Below are positions 10,502 through 22,018 of a DNA stretch of 64,000 bases, piece by piece. Origin of the DNA: Spirochaetota bacterium. Its GTDB lineage: Bacteria > Spirochaetota > UBA4802 > UBA5550. Under the pieces are notes generated by a model. It was not told the origin of the DNA. It made no database searches and saw only the letters and a program-made list of their open reading frames with translations. Numbering within the stretch: position 1 is the first letter of the stretch; every line of letters begins with the position of its first letter. Position numbers and translations under genes: made by a program. Location of the stretch: contig JBNKTL010000003.1 of the NCBI GenBank assembly GCA_050298055.1, positions 32,001 to 96,000 of the forward strand, in the 5' to 3' direction.

Positions 10502-10526
10502 TTTATAATACCTGTCAATTCATGTT

Positions 10527-10712
10527 TTACCAGGATGATTTCACTACACCCGGGAGTTTACCTTCACTTGCCAGATCCCTGAAACAGATCCGACACATCT
10601 CAAACCTTCTCAAATAGCCTCTGGGCCTTCCGCAGATCCTGCACCTGTTGTAATTCCTTACATCAAATTTACTTCCGCGCCTGCTTTTTGCTATCATACT
10701 TTTTTTAGCCAA
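10527..10712 (-). CDS. rpsN: 30S ribosomal protein S14, short Zn-binding type
   Basis: [10 protein letters not shown]...CRICFR...KSSW; 61 aa. Confidence 0.98.
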   Translation of the reverse strand: MAKKSMIAKSRRGSKFDVRNYNRCRICGRPRGYLRRFEMCRICFRDLASEGKLPGVVKSSW

Positions 10713-10722
10713 AGTCTCTCTC

Positions 10723-11265
10723 CTAATCTCTAAATGGCATTTTAAATTCTTTTAACAGCGCCAGTGCCTCTTCCTTATTTTTCGCTGTAGTAACAATGGT
10801 AATGTTGATACCATGAATTTTATCAACCTTGTCAAAATTTATCTCCGGGAATATAATCTGCTCTTTAACAGAGAAGTTGTAATTCCCAAAATTATCAAAG
10901 GATTTTGGTGATAAGCCTTTGAAGTCCCTCACACGGGGAAGGGCCACATTTATCAATCTCTCGATAAATTCATACGACTTATCGCCCCTCAGTGTTACCC
11001 TGCATCCAACATCGTACCCGTCCCTGATCTTGAAGTTCGCGATGGATTTCTTTGATACGGTCTTAACTGCCTTCTGCCCGCTAATGGAAGAAAGGGTGTC
11101 AATAGCAGAATTTAAAGCTGCTGTATTTGAATGCGCATCACCCATTCCCACATTCAGGACCACTTTCTCAAGTTTCGGGACCTGCATAACAGATTTAAAC
11201 TTGAACTGGTCCATCAGTTTCTGTTTTATATTTTTGTTATAATCTTCTTTTAATCGTGCACCCAT
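10723..11265 (-). CDS. rplE: 50S ribosomal protein L5
   Basis: [21 protein letters not shown]; start placed at MGARLK (ATG 11265). Confidence 0.98.
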   Translation of the reverse strand: MGARLKEDYNKNIKQKLMDQFKFKSVMQVPKLEKVVLNVGMGDAHSNTAALNSAIDTLSSISGQKAVKTVSKKSIANFKIRDGYDVGCRVTLRGDKSYEFIERLINVALPRVRDFKGLSPKSFDNFGNYNFSVKEQIIFPEINFDKVDKIHGINITIVTTAKNKEEALALLKEFKMPFRD

Positions 11266-11279
11266 TTCAAATACCTTTC

Positions 11280-11612
11280 CTAGGAAATGCTCTTCCCGCA
11301 TTTCTTACATACTCTGTTCTTTGACTTATCAGTCACACTTACTGACAGCCTTACGCCTTTTTTACATTTATCACAGAAATAGAGAACATTAGAGATGTTG
11401 ACAGGCCTCTCTATTGTCATTATTCCGCCTTTAGGGTTGTCCTGGTTCGGCTTCATGGCCTTGTGCTTCTTGTTTATTCCTTCAACCACAATACGTCCTC
11501 TTGACTGGTCGATATAGAGGACTTTTCCTCTTTTCCCACTGTCAGCACCCTGTATGACAATTACGTTATCATTAACTTTCAATCGTGTTTTAACGTTTTT
11601 ACTCTTCATCAT
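11280..11612 (-). CDS. rplX: 50S ribosomal protein L24
   Basis: KOW motif [21 protein letters not shown]. Confidence 0.97.
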   Translation of the reverse strand: MMKSKNVKTRLKVNDNVIVIQGADSGKRGKVLYIDQSRGRIVVEGINKKHKAMKPNQDNPKGGIMTIERPVNISNVLYFCDKCKKGVRLSVSVTDKSKNRVCKKCGKSIS

Positions 11613-11628
11613 CTATCCTCTTATACTT

Positions 11629-12021
11629 CTAAAGCACTTCAGGAGCCAGTGAAACAATCTTAATAAAGTTCTTGTCTCTCAATTCCCTGGCAACAGGGCC
11701 GAAGATCCTGGTGCCGGTAGGCTCATTCTTGGCATCAATAATTGCAACTGCATTGTTGTCAAACCTGATATATGACCCGTCTTTTCGTCTCACCGGCTTC
11801 TTTGTTCTTACCACAACAGCCCGTAATACGGCCTTGCCGTGAACCTTTTTACCGGTAGAATCCTTTAGCCCGTAAGAAGGCTGTGAATCCTTAACAGCTA
11901 CAACAATAATATCACCTACGGTCGCATATCTCCTCTTGGACCCGCCCAGGATCTTTATGCACTGGACTTTTTTAACACCGCTGTTATCAGCAACATCAAG
12001 CATTGTCTGAACTTGGATCAT
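11629..12021 (-). CDS. rplN: 50S ribosomal protein L14
   Basis: [25 protein letters not shown]. Confidence 0.99.
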   Translation of the reverse strand: MIQVQTMLDVADNSGVKKVQCIKILGGSKRRYATVGDIIVVAVKDSQPSYGLKDSTGKKVHGKAVLRAVVVRTKKPVRRKDGSYIRFDNNAVAIIDAKNEPTGTRIFGPVARELRDKNFIKIVSLAPEVL

Positions 12022-12031
12022 CTCTCTTCAC

Positions 12032-12283
12032 CTATTTCGCCTTTTCAATAATTTCAACGAGCCTGTATCTCTTTTCTTTTGACAATGGTCGTGTCTCCTC
12101 CAGCCTCACTTTATCGCCAATTCCACACTGGTTATTCTTGTCGTGGCTCTTAACACGCTTTGATCTTCTCACAGACTTCTTATAAAGCGGATGCATAACA
12201 ATATTTTCGATCTCTACAACTATGGTCTTATCCATCTTATCGCTGACGACCTTACCAACAAGCTGTTTACTTTTTGATTTCAT
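12032..12283 (-). CDS. rpsQ: 30S ribosomal protein S17
   Basis: [21 protein letters not shown]; start placed at MKSKSK. Confidence 0.98.
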   Translation of the reverse strand: MKSKSKQLVGKVVSDKMDKTIVVEIENIVMHPLYKKSVRRSKRVKSHDKNNQCGIGDKVRLEETRPLSKEKRYRLVEIIEKAK

Positions 12284-12308
12284 ATAACTACCAAACCCCA
12301 ACTATATA

Positions 12309-12518
12309 TTAGTTACCTTTCTTTTCTCTGATTCCCAGATCGTATTCTTTTTTCACTGTTAAAATTCGGGCGACCTGTTTTTTAAGTTCTTTTATCTTCT
12401 TCGGATTATCAACCTTGCCGGTAACCGACTGGAACCTCAGTTTTCTCAGATCCTCTTTTGAATCTCTGAGGCTTTTATCAAGTTCCTCGAATGTAAGCTC
12501 TTCAAGCTTTCCTTTCAT
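12309..12518 (-). CDS. rpmC: 50S ribosomal protein L29
   Basis: LRFQ...NPKKI..LKKQVARILT; lies between rplP and rpsQ. Confidence 0.96.
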   Translation of the reverse strand: MKGKLEELTFEELDKSLRDSKEDLRKLRFQSVTGKVDNPKKIKELKKQVARILTVKKEYDLGIREKKGN

Positions 12519-12529
12519 TTCTTTATCCT

Positions 12530-12943
12530 CTATGACTGCTCAAACGTAATTATCTTTGTACCTACGGGCAGCTTGTATGACGCGCTTTTCAGTGCCGCCT
12601 CTGCAAGCTCCGCATCAACACCGGCCAATTCGAAAAGGATTCTGCCCGGCTTTATCCTTGCTACCCAGTGATCGGGATTTCCCTTGCCCTTTCCCATCCG
12701 TGTTTCAGCCGGTTTTCTTGTTTCGGGATAGTCGGGAAAGATTCTTATCCAGAGTTTTCCGCCCCTTTTCACTTTCCTGGTTATGGCAATACGGGCAGCT
12801 TCAATCTGCCTGCTGGTAATTTTTCCGGCCTCAGTTGACTTTAATGCATGTTCACCAAATGCCAGGGAGGATCCTCTCTCTGCGACACCCTTTGATCTCC
12901 CCCTCTGCTGTTTTCTGTACTTTGTCCTTTTTGGCATTAACAT
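12530..12943 (-). CDS. rplP: 50S ribosomal protein L16
   Basis: [20 protein letters not shown]. Confidence 0.99.
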   Translation of the reverse strand: MLMPKRTKYRKQQRGRSKGVAERGSSLAFGEHALKSTEAGKITSRQIEAARIAITRKVKRGGKLWIRIFPDYPETRKPAETRMGKGKGNPDHWVARIKPGRILFELAGVDAELAEAALKSASYKLPVGTKIITFEQS

Positions 12944-12959
12944 AAACGATAACCTTCCG

Positions 12960-13640
12960 TTACTTTGTTTTTCTCTTTACCTGGTATTTATCTTCTTCAT
13001 TTTCCTGGTTCTTTGAGAGAATGTCTCCATTATATATCCAGACCTTGACACCGATAAGTCCAAATGTTGTGAGTGCCTCAGCAAACCCGTAGTCTATATC
13101 TGCTCTCAGGGTATGAAGGGGAATTCGTCCCTCCTTGTAAGACTCTGTCCTGGCCATCTCAGCATTGTTGAGACGCCCGGAAACTGTGATCTTTATCCCC
13201 AGGGCTCCGCTTCTCATGGCATTGTTTATTGCCTGTTTTACCGCTCTCCTGAAGGGAAATCTTCCTTCAATCTGGTTTGCTATCTGCTCGGCAATCAGTT
13301 TTGAATTTTTCTCCGGCTTTTTTAACTCAATAATATTTATATAGACATTCTTCGATGCGATTTTCTGAAGCTCGGTTTTCAGCACTTCAATGTCCACACC
13401 CTTTTTCCCAATAAGTACACCGGGCCGTGCCGCGTGGATATTTACATTTACCCTGTCAGGAAACCTTTCAATTGCGACCTTTGATATTCCCGCGTTCCTT
13501 TTCTCTTTTTCGATATATTTTTGGATTTCCAGGTCCTCATGGAGATTGTTGGAATATGTTTTGTTATCATCATACCACACGGAATCCCATGTCCTGGTAA
13601 TACCGATTCTCAGTCCTTTCGGATTAACCTTCTGACCCAT
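12960..13640 (-). CDS. rpsC: 30S ribosomal protein S3
   Basis: [22 protein letters not shown]. Confidence 0.99.
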   Translation of the reverse strand: MGQKVNPKGLRIGITRTWDSVWYDDNKTYSNNLHEDLEIQKYIEKEKRNAGISKVAIERFPDRVNVNIHAARPGVLIGKKGVDIEVLKTELQKIASKNVYINIIELKKPEKNSKLIAEQIANQIEGRFPFRRAVKQAINNAMRSGALGIKITVSGRLNNAEMARTESYKEGRIPLHTLRADIDYGFAEALTTFGLIGVKVWIYNGDILSKNQENEEDKYQVKRKTK

Positions 13641-13658
13641 AAAAAATATCCTTACTCT

Positions 13659-13997
13659 TTAGTTTTCATCGGAAAGCACTATTGAAATAGTACTTGTCCT
13701 TTTTCTTATTCTGGATGCCCTGCCCCGCGCCCGGGCACGAAACCTCTTCATTGTGGGACCTTCATCAACTGTTATCTTCTTGATAAAGAGTGTATCTTCA
13801 AGAAGGTCCGGATTCCTGTATTTCGCATTTGACCCTACTGAATACAGGGTCTTGAGAATAATATCAGCAGCCTTCTTCGGCATTGCCCTGAGAACGTCTA
13901 TGGCTTCCGGGAGAGAGTATCCCCTTATCTCATTTGCAACCAGCCTGGCCTTTTGAGCTGAAATCCTGTTATTTTTTGATACTGCAACAGCTTCCAT
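13659..13997 (-). CDS. rplV: 50S ribosomal protein L22
   Basis: RISAQKARLVA, KRFRARARGRA. Confidence 0.98.
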   Translation of the reverse strand: MEAVAVSKNNRISAQKARLVANEIRGYSLPEAIDVLRAMPKKAADIILKTLYSVGSNAKYRNPDLLEDTLFIKKITVDEGPTMKRFRARARGRASRIRKRTSTISIVLSDEN

Positions 13998-14000
13998 TTT

Positions 14001-14285
14001 CTATTTCCTCTTGGCAACTTTATCATCTTTACTGGTGTGTCCCCTGTACGTCCTGGTGGGGGAGAATTCACCAAGCTTGTGCCCGATCATGTTCTCTGTC
14101 ACATAGACCGGAATGAAGTTTTTACCGTTATATACCATTATTGTATGACCTATCATTTCCGGAAAGATGGTAGATCTTCTGGACCATGTTTTTATTGCCT
14201 TCTTGGTATTTGTGGAATTCATCTCTTCAATCTTCTTAAAGAGCTTTATGTCAACAAATGGACCCTTCTTTATCGACCTGGCCAT
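14001..14285 (-). CDS. rpsS: 30S ribosomal protein S19
   Basis: [20 protein letters not shown]. Confidence 0.99.
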   Translation of the reverse strand: MARSIKKGPFVDIKLFKKIEEMNSTNTKKAIKTWSRRSTIFPEMIGHTIMVYNGKNFIPVYVTENMIGHKLGEFSPTRTYRGHTSKDDKVAKRK

Positions 14286-14286
14286 A

Positions 14287-15111
14287 CTACTTTCTTCTCC
14301 TTACGATATACTTATCACTGTATTTATTCTTCTTTCTTGTCTTATATCCCTTTGTTGGAACACCGGTAGGCGAAACAGGATGCCTCCCGCCGGAGGACTT
14401 TCCTTCACCACCGCCGTGGGGGTGATCATGGGGATTCATGACGACACCCCTCACCTTCGGCCTTTTGTTCAACCACCGGGACCGTCCGGCTTTCCCTATT
14501 TTTATGTTGCTGTGTTCCTTATTTCCCACTTCTCCGATTGTCGCATAGCACTCTTTGTGAATCTTCCTTATTTCTCCCGACGGAAGTTTCACAAGACAGT
14601 AATTACCTTCCTTTGCCGTAAGAGTAGCACCTGTACCTGCGGACCGCGCAAGCTGGCCGCCTTTCCCCCTGTGCAGCTCAATGTTGTAGACAAGGGTTCC
14701 CAGGGGGATCCTATGGAGAGGCATTGCATTCCCTCTCTTTATCTCCACATTTTCTCCGGAATTGACGGTATCTCCCACCTTGAGCATTTCCGGCGCAATG
14801 ATATACCTTTTATCGCCGTCAATATACTGGATAAGGGCAATATTCGAACTTCTGTTGGGATCATATTCAATTGTTGCAACTTTCCCTTCGATGCCATACT
14901 TGTTGCGCTTAAAATCTATTACCCTGTATTTTTTCTTATGTCCGCCGCCTCTTCTTCTGACAGATATCCTTCCCTTGGCGCCACGGCCCGCGTATTCCTT
15001 CATACCCTTTGTAAGGGGCTTATAAGGTCTGCATTGTGTAATCTCCTCAAAATCTGAAACCGTCTTGTATCGTGAAGTCGGAGTTACCGGTTTAAACTTT
15101 TTTATTCCCAT
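14287..15111 (-). CDS. rplB: 50S ribosomal protein L2
   Basis: [21 protein letters not shown]. Confidence 0.99.
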   Translation of the reverse strand: MGIKKFKPVTPTSRYKTVSDFEEITQCRPYKPLTKGMKEYAGRGAKGRISVRRRGGGHKKKYRVIDFKRNKYGIEGKVATIEYDPNRSSNIALIQYIDGDKRYIIAPEMLKVGDTVNSGENVEIKRGNAMPLHRIPLGTLVYNIELHRGKGGQLARSAGTGATLTAKEGNYCLVKLPSGEIRKIHKECYATIGEVGNKEHSNIKIGKAGRSRWLNKRPKVRGVVMNPHDHPHGGGEGKSSGGRHPVSPTGVPTKGYKTRKKNKYSDKYIVRRRK

Positions 15112-15158
15112 CTTTAATCCCTTTGCGCTTCAGTTAGCTCTTTTCGATAATTTCCCTG

Positions 15159-15443
15159 TTACTGACCTTCGAAAACTTCTATCTTGTCACCCGCTTTAAG
15201 AGTAACAATGGCTTTCTTCCATGCCGCCTTTTTCCCGTACTGATACCTGACCCGCTTGGTCTTCCCGCGAACCAGCATCATATTCACCTTTTTGGGCCTT
15301 ACACCGAAAAGCGAAGTCACCGCGTTGGCAACCATCTGTTTACTGGCAACAACCGGAACCTTGAAAACATACTTGTGCTGTTCCATAAGTGCTGTTGTCT
15401 TTTCCGATATTATAGGCTTTATAATCAAATCATTGGGATTCAT
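15159..15443 (-). CDS. rplW: 50S ribosomal protein L23
   Basis: PIISEKT, WKKAIVTL. Confidence 0.98.
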   Translation of the reverse strand: MNPNDLIIKPIISEKTTALMEQHKYVFKVPVVASKQMVANAVTSLFGVRPKKVNMMLVRGKTKRVRYQYGKKAAWKKAIVTLKAGDKIEVFEGQ

Positions 15444-15455
15444 AACGCTTAATCC

Positions 15456-16070
15456 TTATACAAGTTTTTCGTTCAAGAGCTTTACTGCGCTTTCAGTAAT
15501 GACCAGCTCCCGGGAGTTAAACAGGTCAAGGCCTGACATCCTGTTAACGTTGTTATAGGTGAACCATTTGAGGTTACCGATAGACCTCTTGAGCAGACTG
15601 TCTTCACTCTCTGTAATCAGGACACCCTTTGTAACCGCCAGGTTCTGCCCTATCTTTGCCATCTCTTTTGTCTTTCCTTCAACGGTGAAGTCCTCAACGA
15701 CCTTCACAAGGCCCTCTTTCACTTTCAGTGAAAGGAGGGACCTGTATGCCGCCTTTTTCATATTCTTTGAAAGGCTGATACTGTAATCTCTTGGCCGGGG
15801 CCCAAATACGGTCCCTCCGCCTCTCCATATGGGTGAACGGGAAGTTCCCGCCCTGGCGCGGCCCGTCCCTTTCTGTCTCCACGGTTTTGCTCCGCCTCCA
15901 CTGACTTCAACTCTACCCTTTGTTGAGTGAGTTCCCTGCCTGAGGTTCGCATGAGCCGCTTTTACCAGTTCATAAATAAGCGTATCATTTATTTCAGCTG
16001 CAAAGACACTGTCGTTGAGCTCTACCTCACCGGTTTTACTGCCTTTAATTGAATATTTTTCCAGTTTCAT
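15456..16070 (-). CDS. rplD: 50S ribosomal protein L4
   Basis: KPWRQKGTGRAR, WRGGGTVFGP. Confidence 0.99.
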   Translation of the reverse strand: MKLEKYSIKGSKTGEVELNDSVFAAEINDTLIYELVKAAHANLRQGTHSTKGRVEVSGGGAKPWRQKGTGRARAGTSRSPIWRGGGTVFGPRPRDYSISLSKNMKKAAYRSLLSLKVKEGLVKVVEDFTVEGKTKEMAKIGQNLAVTKGVLITESEDSLLKRSIGNLKWFTYNNVNRMSGLDLFNSRELVITESAVKLLNEKLV

Positions 16071-16082
16071 AATTATAATAAC

Positions 16083-16703
16083 CTATTTGCCGACTACTTT
16101 AATAAGCGAATTCCTTCTTCCGGGTATGGCCCCTGAAATAAGGACGATATTTTTATCCTGGAATACCTTAATAATCTTCAGGTTCTTAACAGTAACCTTC
16201 TGGTTGCCGTAACGTCCCGGCATCCTCTGCCCTTTCCAGACTTCACCGGGATATGCGCAGGCGCCGATAGACCCCGGGGCCCTGTGGTGATGAGAACCAT
16301 GGGTTTTTTTACCCCCTGCAAATCCATATCTCTTCATGACACCTGCAAATCCATGCCCTTTTGAAATACCGGTTACGTTCACCAGGTCGTTCTCTTCAAA
16401 TATCGAACAGTTGAGTTCACTCCCCACATCCAGTGACTCATCGAACACTTCGCACTCTCCCATAAATTTCCGGGGAGTTATATTCTTTTTTATGTAGTCA
16501 CTTGCCAGGGGTTTCGGGAGCCTTTTCTCGACCTGGTCAGAATAACCCAGCTTGAGAGCGGAATATCCATCATTCTCTACTGTCTTTTTCTGCACAACAA
16601 CACAGGGACCAAGCTCGCATACCGTTACCGGTATGACCGTTCCGTCATCCTGAATAAATTGCGACATTCCTATTTTTTTTCCAAAAAGCGATTTCTTCAT
16701 CAC
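16083..16703 (-). CDS. rplC: 50S ribosomal protein L3
   Basis: GKKIGMSQ, SKGHGFAGVMKR, HRAPGSIG. Confidence 0.99.
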   Translation of the reverse strand: MMKKSLFGKKIGMSQFIQDDGTVIPVTVCELGPCVVVQKKTVENDGYSALKLGYSDQVEKRLPKPLASDYIKKNITPRKFMGECEVFDESLDVGSELNCSIFEENDLVNVTGISKGHGFAGVMKRYGFAGGKKTHGSHHHRAPGSIGACAYPGEVWKGQRMPGRYGNQKVTVKNLKIIKVFQDKNIVLISGAIPGRRNSLIKVVGK

Positions 16704-16803
16704 TCTATCCCATATAACTCTAAATTAAATACATTTCATTTAAATGGCCATTCTCCGCCATCAAGCTTAAGAAAGTTGGATATCTCAGCAGTAAATCAAT
16801 AAG

Positions 16804-17121
16804 CTACGACTTAATGTCAACCGATACACCGGCAGGAAGTTCCAGCTTCATTAAAGCTTCAACCGTATCTGAATTCGGATTTATGATATCAATCAACCTC
16901 TTATGAGTTCTGATCTCAAACTGCTCACGGGACTTCTTATTTACATGAGGTGACCTCAGAACACAGAATTTCTCAATTTTCGTGGGAAGAGGGACAGGAC
17001 CGGCTACCTTTGCACCGCTCCTGTTTGTAGTTGCCACAATCTTCTCCGCAGACTGATCAAGTAATTTTGCATCAAAAGACCTTAATTTAACCCGAATACA
17101 CTGTCCTGCTAATTTTGCCAC
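16804..17121 (-). CDS. rpsJ: 30S ribosomal protein S10
   Basis: [21 protein letters not shown]. Confidence 0.99.
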   Translation of the reverse strand: MAKLAGQCIRVKLRSFDAKLLDQSAEKIVATTNRSGAKVAGPVPLPTKIEKFCVLRSPHVNKKSREQFEIRTHKRLIDIINPNSDTVEALMKLELPAGVSVDIKS

Positions 17122-17285
17122 TTTTTATAATACCCGTTAAAAAAAATTTTATTCTGCTCTTAAGACAAAAATATTGTGATGCCAGACCTTCTTTACAGCC
17201 TGACATCACATTTCAATTACCCAGCAAATCGAACACCGGTACAATATGGTACCGATACGATAAAACAAAAGCCCGCTAAGAGCAG

Positions 17286-18500
17286 TTACTCTAAGACTTT
17301 TGTAACAACACCGGCACCGACAGTTCTTCCACCTTCACGGATAGCGAACCTGAGTTCTTCTTCCATTGCAACCGGCGTTATAAGTTCTACCTTCATATCG
17401 ATATCGTCACCCGGCATAACCATTTCAACTCCATCAGGAAGCGTAATGACGCCGGTAACGTCTGTAGTTCTGAAATAGAACTGGGGCCTGTAATTTGCAA
17501 AGAACGGGGTATGTCGCCCCCCTTCTTCTTTCTTGAGAATATAGACCCTTCCGTCAAATTTTGTATGAGGTGTGATAGAACCCGGCGCAGCAAGGACCTG
17601 TCCTCTCTGCACATCTTTCTTATCAATACCTCTCAGAAGACAGCCAACATTGTCGCCCGCTCTTCCTTCATCGAGGATCTTTCTGAACATCTCAACACCC
17701 GTACAAACGGTCTTCTTGGTTTCGGTAAAACCGATGATCTCAATATTGTCCCCGGTGTTGACGATACCTCTTTCAATCCTTCCCGTTACAACCGTTCCCC
17801 GACCCGTAATCGTAAAAACGTCTTCAATGGGCATAAGGAAAGGCTTATCAGTAACCCGCTGCGGCTCGGGGATATAGCTGTCAAGAGCTTCCGCAAGCTT
17901 AATAACTGTCTGGAACCATTCATCGTCTTTGTTTCCCGCGTCGGCTGCTTCGAGGGCCTTGAGGGCAGATCCCGGAATAATAGGGACTTCATCCCCGGGG
18001 AAATCGTTTTTGTCCAGAAGCTCCCTGATCTCCATCTCAACCAGTTCGATCATCTCGTCCCTGTCTGAAGGATCGAGCATATCAGCCTTGTTAAGATATA
18101 CAATGATATAAGGAACATTAACCTGCTTGGCAAGAAGAACGTGCTCTCTTGTCTGGGGCATGGCACCGTCTGTTGCAGCAACAACAAGAATCGCAGCATC
18201 CATCTGGGCGGCACCGGTTATCATGTTCTTTATATAGTCAGCGTGACCCGGACAGTCAACATGGGCGTAGTGCCTCTTATCTGTTTCATACTCCTGGTGA
18301 GAAGTCGCAATGGTGATACCTCTGGCTTTTTCCTCAGGTGCATTATCAATCTGATCGAAATCAACGGCTTTACCGGTACCGTAAAAAAGGTTAAGGCACT
18401 TGGTAATAGCAGAAGTAAGAGTGGTCTTGCCATGGTCGATATGACCGATAGTTCCTACATTCACATGCGGCTTCGACCTGTCAAATTTTTCTTTTGCCAT
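17286..18500 (-). CDS. tuf: Elongation factor Tu
   Basis: [36 protein letters not shown]. Confidence 0.99.
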   Translation of the reverse strand: MAKEKFDRSKPHVNVGTIGHIDHGKTTLTSAITKCLNLFYGTGKAVDFDQIDNAPEEKARGITIATSHQEYETDKRHYAHVDCPGHADYIKNMITGAAQMDAAILVVAATDGAMPQTREHVLLAKQVNVPYIIVYLNKADMLDPSDRDEMIELVEMEIRELLDKNDFPGDEVPIIPGSALKALEAADAGNKDDEWFQTVIKLAEALDSYIPEPQRVTDKPFLMPIEDVFTITGRGTVVTGRIERGIVNTGDNIEIIGFTETKKTVCTGVEMFRKILDEGRAGDNVGCLLRGIDKKDVQRGQVLAAPGSITPHTKFDGRVYILKKEEGGRHTPFFANYRPQFYFRTTDVTGVITLPDGVEMVMPGDDIDMKVELITPVAMEEELRFAIREGGRTVGAGVVTKVLE

Positions 18501-18703
18501 TTGGATAACTCCTTATTTTATTAACTCTCTTAATAATTCTTTTGTTTTAATTAAAATATCATATTATTTAAATATGTTAATATTGCGAAAAAAATTTAAA
18601 ATTCTTTTTTTTTCAGTACCCGTATAAGAGTTTTATGAATAAAAAAATATATGCTAAATCTGTCAAGTAATTTTAAAATTAATTCAATTTCTCTAAAAAA
18701 AAA

Positions 18704-20791
18704 TCAATAAAACAGGCCGCTCATTCTTCCCAGGATGTTATCCGTAATATTTTTCGGGACCTGTTCATAGTGTGAGAACTGAAGTGTATGAGACGCCCTT
18801 CCCTGGCTCATGGACCTCACGCTTGTGGCGTACCCGAATGTCTCCGACAGGGGAACAAGTGCATGGATGATCTTCAGAAGTCCCCTGTAATTTATATCCT
18901 CAACCCTGCCTCTCCGCGTATTAATATCATTTATTATGTCCCCTGAGTATTCTTCCGGAGTGACAACTTCAAGTTTCATCACAGGTTCCATGAGGGTCGG
19001 ATCGGCTTTCTTTGCACCTTCCCTTAACGCCATGTTTGCCGCTATTCTGTATCCCATATCAACCGAATCACCTTCATTGTATGAACCGCCGATAAGAGTT
19101 GCCCTGATGTCAACCATCTTATACCCGGCAACCACACCCGCTTCCAGGGAATCGCGAAGGCCGGCTTCCACATCTTTGATAAACTCCCCGGGTATCTCCC
19201 CGCCCCCGAGTCCGTTTTCAAAGGCAAAACCGCTCCCCGCATCACCCGGCTCAAGCCTGATAACAACATGACCGAACTGGTTCTTCCCCCCGATCTGTTT
19301 CTCATACTTCTGCTCGGAATCCACAGACTTTGTAATTGTCTCCTTGTAGGTCACCTGGGGCTTCCCCACGTTAGCGCTGATATTGAACTCACGCATAAGC
19401 CTGTCCACGATTATTTCAAGGTGAAGCTCACCCATTCCGGATATGATGAGCTGCCCGGTATCGGAATTGTTGTCCGCCACAAATGTGGGGTCCTCCACTT
19501 CCAGCCTTTTCAGGGTTGCAAGGAGCTTCTCCTGGTCGGCCTTGGTTTTCGGTTCAATAGCGATGGATATCACCGGGTCCGGGAACTCCATTTTCTCAAG
19601 AAGTACTGGGTTCTTCTCATCCGAAAGGGTCTCTCCTGTGATAATGTTCTTAAGCCCCACAACGGCAACAATATCGCCGGTATAAACCTGTTTAATTTCC
19701 TCCCGGTTGTTTGCATGCATCCTGAGGAACTTATTGATCCTCTCCTTTTTATTGGCGGACACATTAAGCACCGTCTCGCCTGTCTTCACTGTCCCGGAGT
19801 AAACACGCATATAGCTGAGTCTTCCCACATGGGGATCGGACATGATCTTGAATACAAGCCCGCAGAAAGGCTCTTTGTCATCCGCCTTCCTCTCAATCAT
19901 TATTTCGTGGTCCGTTACATCATGGCCCTCTACCGGCTTTATATCCGCAGGTGACGGAAGGTACTGTACGATGGCATCCAGTATCGGCTGCACCCCTTTG
20001 TTCTTCAGGGCCGAACCGCAGAAGACGGGAAAGAACAATGATTCCACTGTTCCCTTCCTTACGGCCATTTCCAGTTCCTCACTATCCGGGACCTCACCGT
20101 GGATATACTTCTCCATGATCGCATCATCAAACTCTCCCAGTTTCTCCATGAGCTCTTCACGGTGCTTCTCCGCTTCTTCCTTCATCTCATCGGGAATTTC
20201 CGATTCGTTAACCTTCTCCCCTTTTTCACCGCTCCAGGTCAGGGCCTTCATATGTACCAGGTCAATAACACCCCGGAAGGAATCTTCAACACCTACGGGT
20301 ATCTGAAGAGGCAGGGGGACAGCATGAAGTCTCTCCTTTATCATCTCCACGCATCTCCAGTAGTCCGCTCCCAGCCTGTCCATTTTATTTACAAAACATA
20401 TCCTGGGCACATGATACCTGTCTGCCTGGCGCCAGACAGTCTCGGACTGGGGTTCAACTCCCGCCACACCGTCAAAGACCGCAATTGCCGAATCGAGGAC
20501 CCTGAGGCTCCTCTCAACCTCCATGGTAAAGTCCACATGGCCCGGGGTGTCGATAATATTAATCCGGGTATTTTTCCACGAGCAGGTCGTAGCGGCCGCG
20601 GTAATGGTTATCCCCCGCTCTTTCTCCTGGACCATCCAGTCCATTTCGGCCGTCCCGTCGTGGACTTCCCCGATCTTATGTGTTTTTCCCGTATAGTAGA
20701 GTATCCTCTCGGTGAGGGTGGTCTTTCCCGCATCGATATGGGCCATAATGCCGATATTTCTGGTTCTTGTCAGTGGTAATTCACGAGCCAT
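18704..20791 (-). CDS. fusA: Elongation factor G (str-operon copy, divergent domain IV)
   Basis: [23 protein letters not shown]; lies between rpsG and tuf. Confidence 0.97.
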   Translation of the reverse strand: MARELPLTRTRNIGIMAHIDAGKTTLTERILYYTGKTHKIGEVHDGTAEMDWMVQEKERGITITAAATTCSWKNTRINIIDTPGHVDFTMEVERSLRVLDSAIAVFDGVAGVEPQSETVWRQADRYHVPRICFVNKMDRLGADYWRCVEMIKERLHAVPLPLQIPVGVEDSFRGVIDLVHMKALTWSGEKGEKVNESEIPDEMKEEAEKHREELMEKLGEFDDAIMEKYIHGEVPDSEELEMAVRKGTVESLFFPVFCGSALKNKGVQPILDAIVQYLPSPADIKPVEGHDVTDHEIMIERKADDKEPFCGLVFKIMSDPHVGRLSYMRVYSGTVKTGETVLNVSANKKERINKFLRMHANNREEIKQVYTGDIVAVVGLKNIITGETLSDEKNPVLLEKMEFPDPVISIAIEPKTKADQEKLLATLKRLEVEDPTFVADNNSDTGQLIISGMGELHLEIIVDRLMREFNISANVGKPQVTYKETITKSVDSEQKYEKQIGGKNQFGHVVIRLEPGDAGSGFAFENGLGGGEIPGEFIKDVEAGLRDSLEAGVVAGYKMVDIRATLIGGSYNEGDSVDMGYRIAANMALREGAKKADPTLMEPVMKLEVVTPEEYSGDIINDINTRRGRVEDINYRGLLKIIHALVPLSETFGYATSVRSMSQGRASHTLQFSHYEQVPKNITDNILGRMSGLFY

Positions 20792-20812
20792 GTTAAACCT
20801 TTGTTCTGTTTT

Positions 20813-20942
20813 AAATCCCCCCGGCCCCCTTTAGTAAAGGGGGAGGAATCCAATTTTTAACCCCCTTTATCAAAAGGGGACAAACTCAATCTTCAACCCC
20901 CTTTATCAAAGGGGGTGGCGAACCAAGTGAGCCGGGGGATTT
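20813..20942. repeat. Three 36-nt-period palindromic units CCCCCTTT(N3-4)AAAGGGG(G) inside an outer inverted repeat
   Basis: Units start at 20825, 20861 and 20897; flanked by AAATCCCCCCGGC and GCCGGGGGATTT. Confidence 0.85.
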
Positions 20943-21056
20943 CTTCCTGTTCAAAACATAAACACCGAATACCAGGCATCACCTGGTATTCAAAATAAGT
21001 ATTCTGTATATTAAACAGGAGGACTGTCATCCTCCTGCTGTTTTCAATTAATGTTT

Positions 21057-21524
21057 TTAAAACTTAAAATGCGCAAAAGCTTTGTTTGCTTCAGCCATTT
21101 TATGTGTATCTTCTTTTTTCTTAATGGAGCTCCCGGTCTTATTAAATGCATCAAGAAGTTCACCAGCCAGTCTCTGATGCATGGTCTTTTCGGGCCGTGT
21201 CCGGGAATAGTTTATCAGCCATCTTATTCCAAGGGCCTGCCTTCTCTCCGGTCTTATTTCAATTGGCACCTGGTAGGTGGCACCGCCAACTCTTCTCGAT
21301 TTTACTTCAGCCATAGGCTTCACGTTCTCCAGCGCCTGGATAAAAACTTCCAGGGGATCCTTGTCTGTTTTCTCTTTCAGGATATCCATAGCTCTGTAAA
21401 ATATCGATTCTGAAACACCCTTCTTTCCCGCAAGCATCATGCAGTTGATAAACTTGGTTATCAGCATGCTGCCATACTTTGGATCGGGTAATATTTCTCT
21501 TTTCGGAGGTCTCCTTCTTCGCAT
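21057..21524 (-). CDS. rpsG: 30S ribosomal protein S7
   Basis: [24 protein letters not shown]. Confidence 0.99.
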   Translation of the reverse strand: MRRRRPPKREILPDPKYGSMLITKFINCMMLAGKKGVSESIFYRAMDILKEKTDKDPLEVFIQALENVKPMAEVKSRRVGGATYQVPIEIRPERRQALGIRWLINYSRTRPEKTMHQRLAGELLDAFNKTGSSIKKKEDTHKMAEANKAFAHFKF

Positions 21525-21548
21525 TATCTTCCTCGTCTCTCTCTTGTA

Positions 21549-21923
21549 TTATGCTTTTGGTCGCTTTGTACCGTATTTTGATCTTCCCTTTTTTCTGTCC
21601 TCAACACCAAGGGCGTCCAGAGTACCCCTTATCATGTGATACCTTACACCCGGAAGGTCCTTGACCCTTCCGCCACGGATCAACACTGCAGAGTGCTCCT
21701 GCAAATTGTGTCCCACACCGGGAATATAGACCGTCACTTCAATACCATTGGTAAGTCTTACCCGTGCAACTTTTCTCAGTGCAGAATTGGGTTTCTTGGG
21801 AGTAAATGTCATGACCCGTGTGCATACGCCCCTTTTCTGAGGGCATTGTTTCAACGCCGGTGATTTCGATTTTTTCAGTTTACTCTTTCGTCCTTTTCTT
21901 ATCAGTTGATTAATTGTTGGCAT
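21549..21923 (-). CDS. rpsL: 30S ribosomal protein S12
   Basis: [20 protein letters not shown]. Confidence 0.99.
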   Translation of the reverse strand: MPTINQLIRKGRKSKLKKSKSPALKQCPQKRGVCTRVMTFTPKKPNSALRKVARVRLTNGIEVTVYIPGVGHNLQEHSAVLIRGGRVKDLPGVRYHMIRGTLDALGVEDRKKGRSKYGTKRPKA

Positions 21924-22018
21924 TTTTACTCCTGTTTTTCTTCGTCTCTGACAAAAAATTTTCGTATATGCTTAATTCATCCCTTTTTTTGTCAAGAAAA
22001 TTAATCCATTAATTATGG

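Noticed and set aside
14167..15057. Long plus-strand ORFs antisense to rplB, fusA, rpoB, rpoC, secY, the fdh-like genes and others
   Set aside because: Shadow ORFs of conserved genes with no recognisable motifs.
20825..20915. CRISPR array (regularly spaced palindromic repeats)
   Set aside because: Only three 19-nt units with 17-nt linkers that resemble each other; no cas genes or leader.
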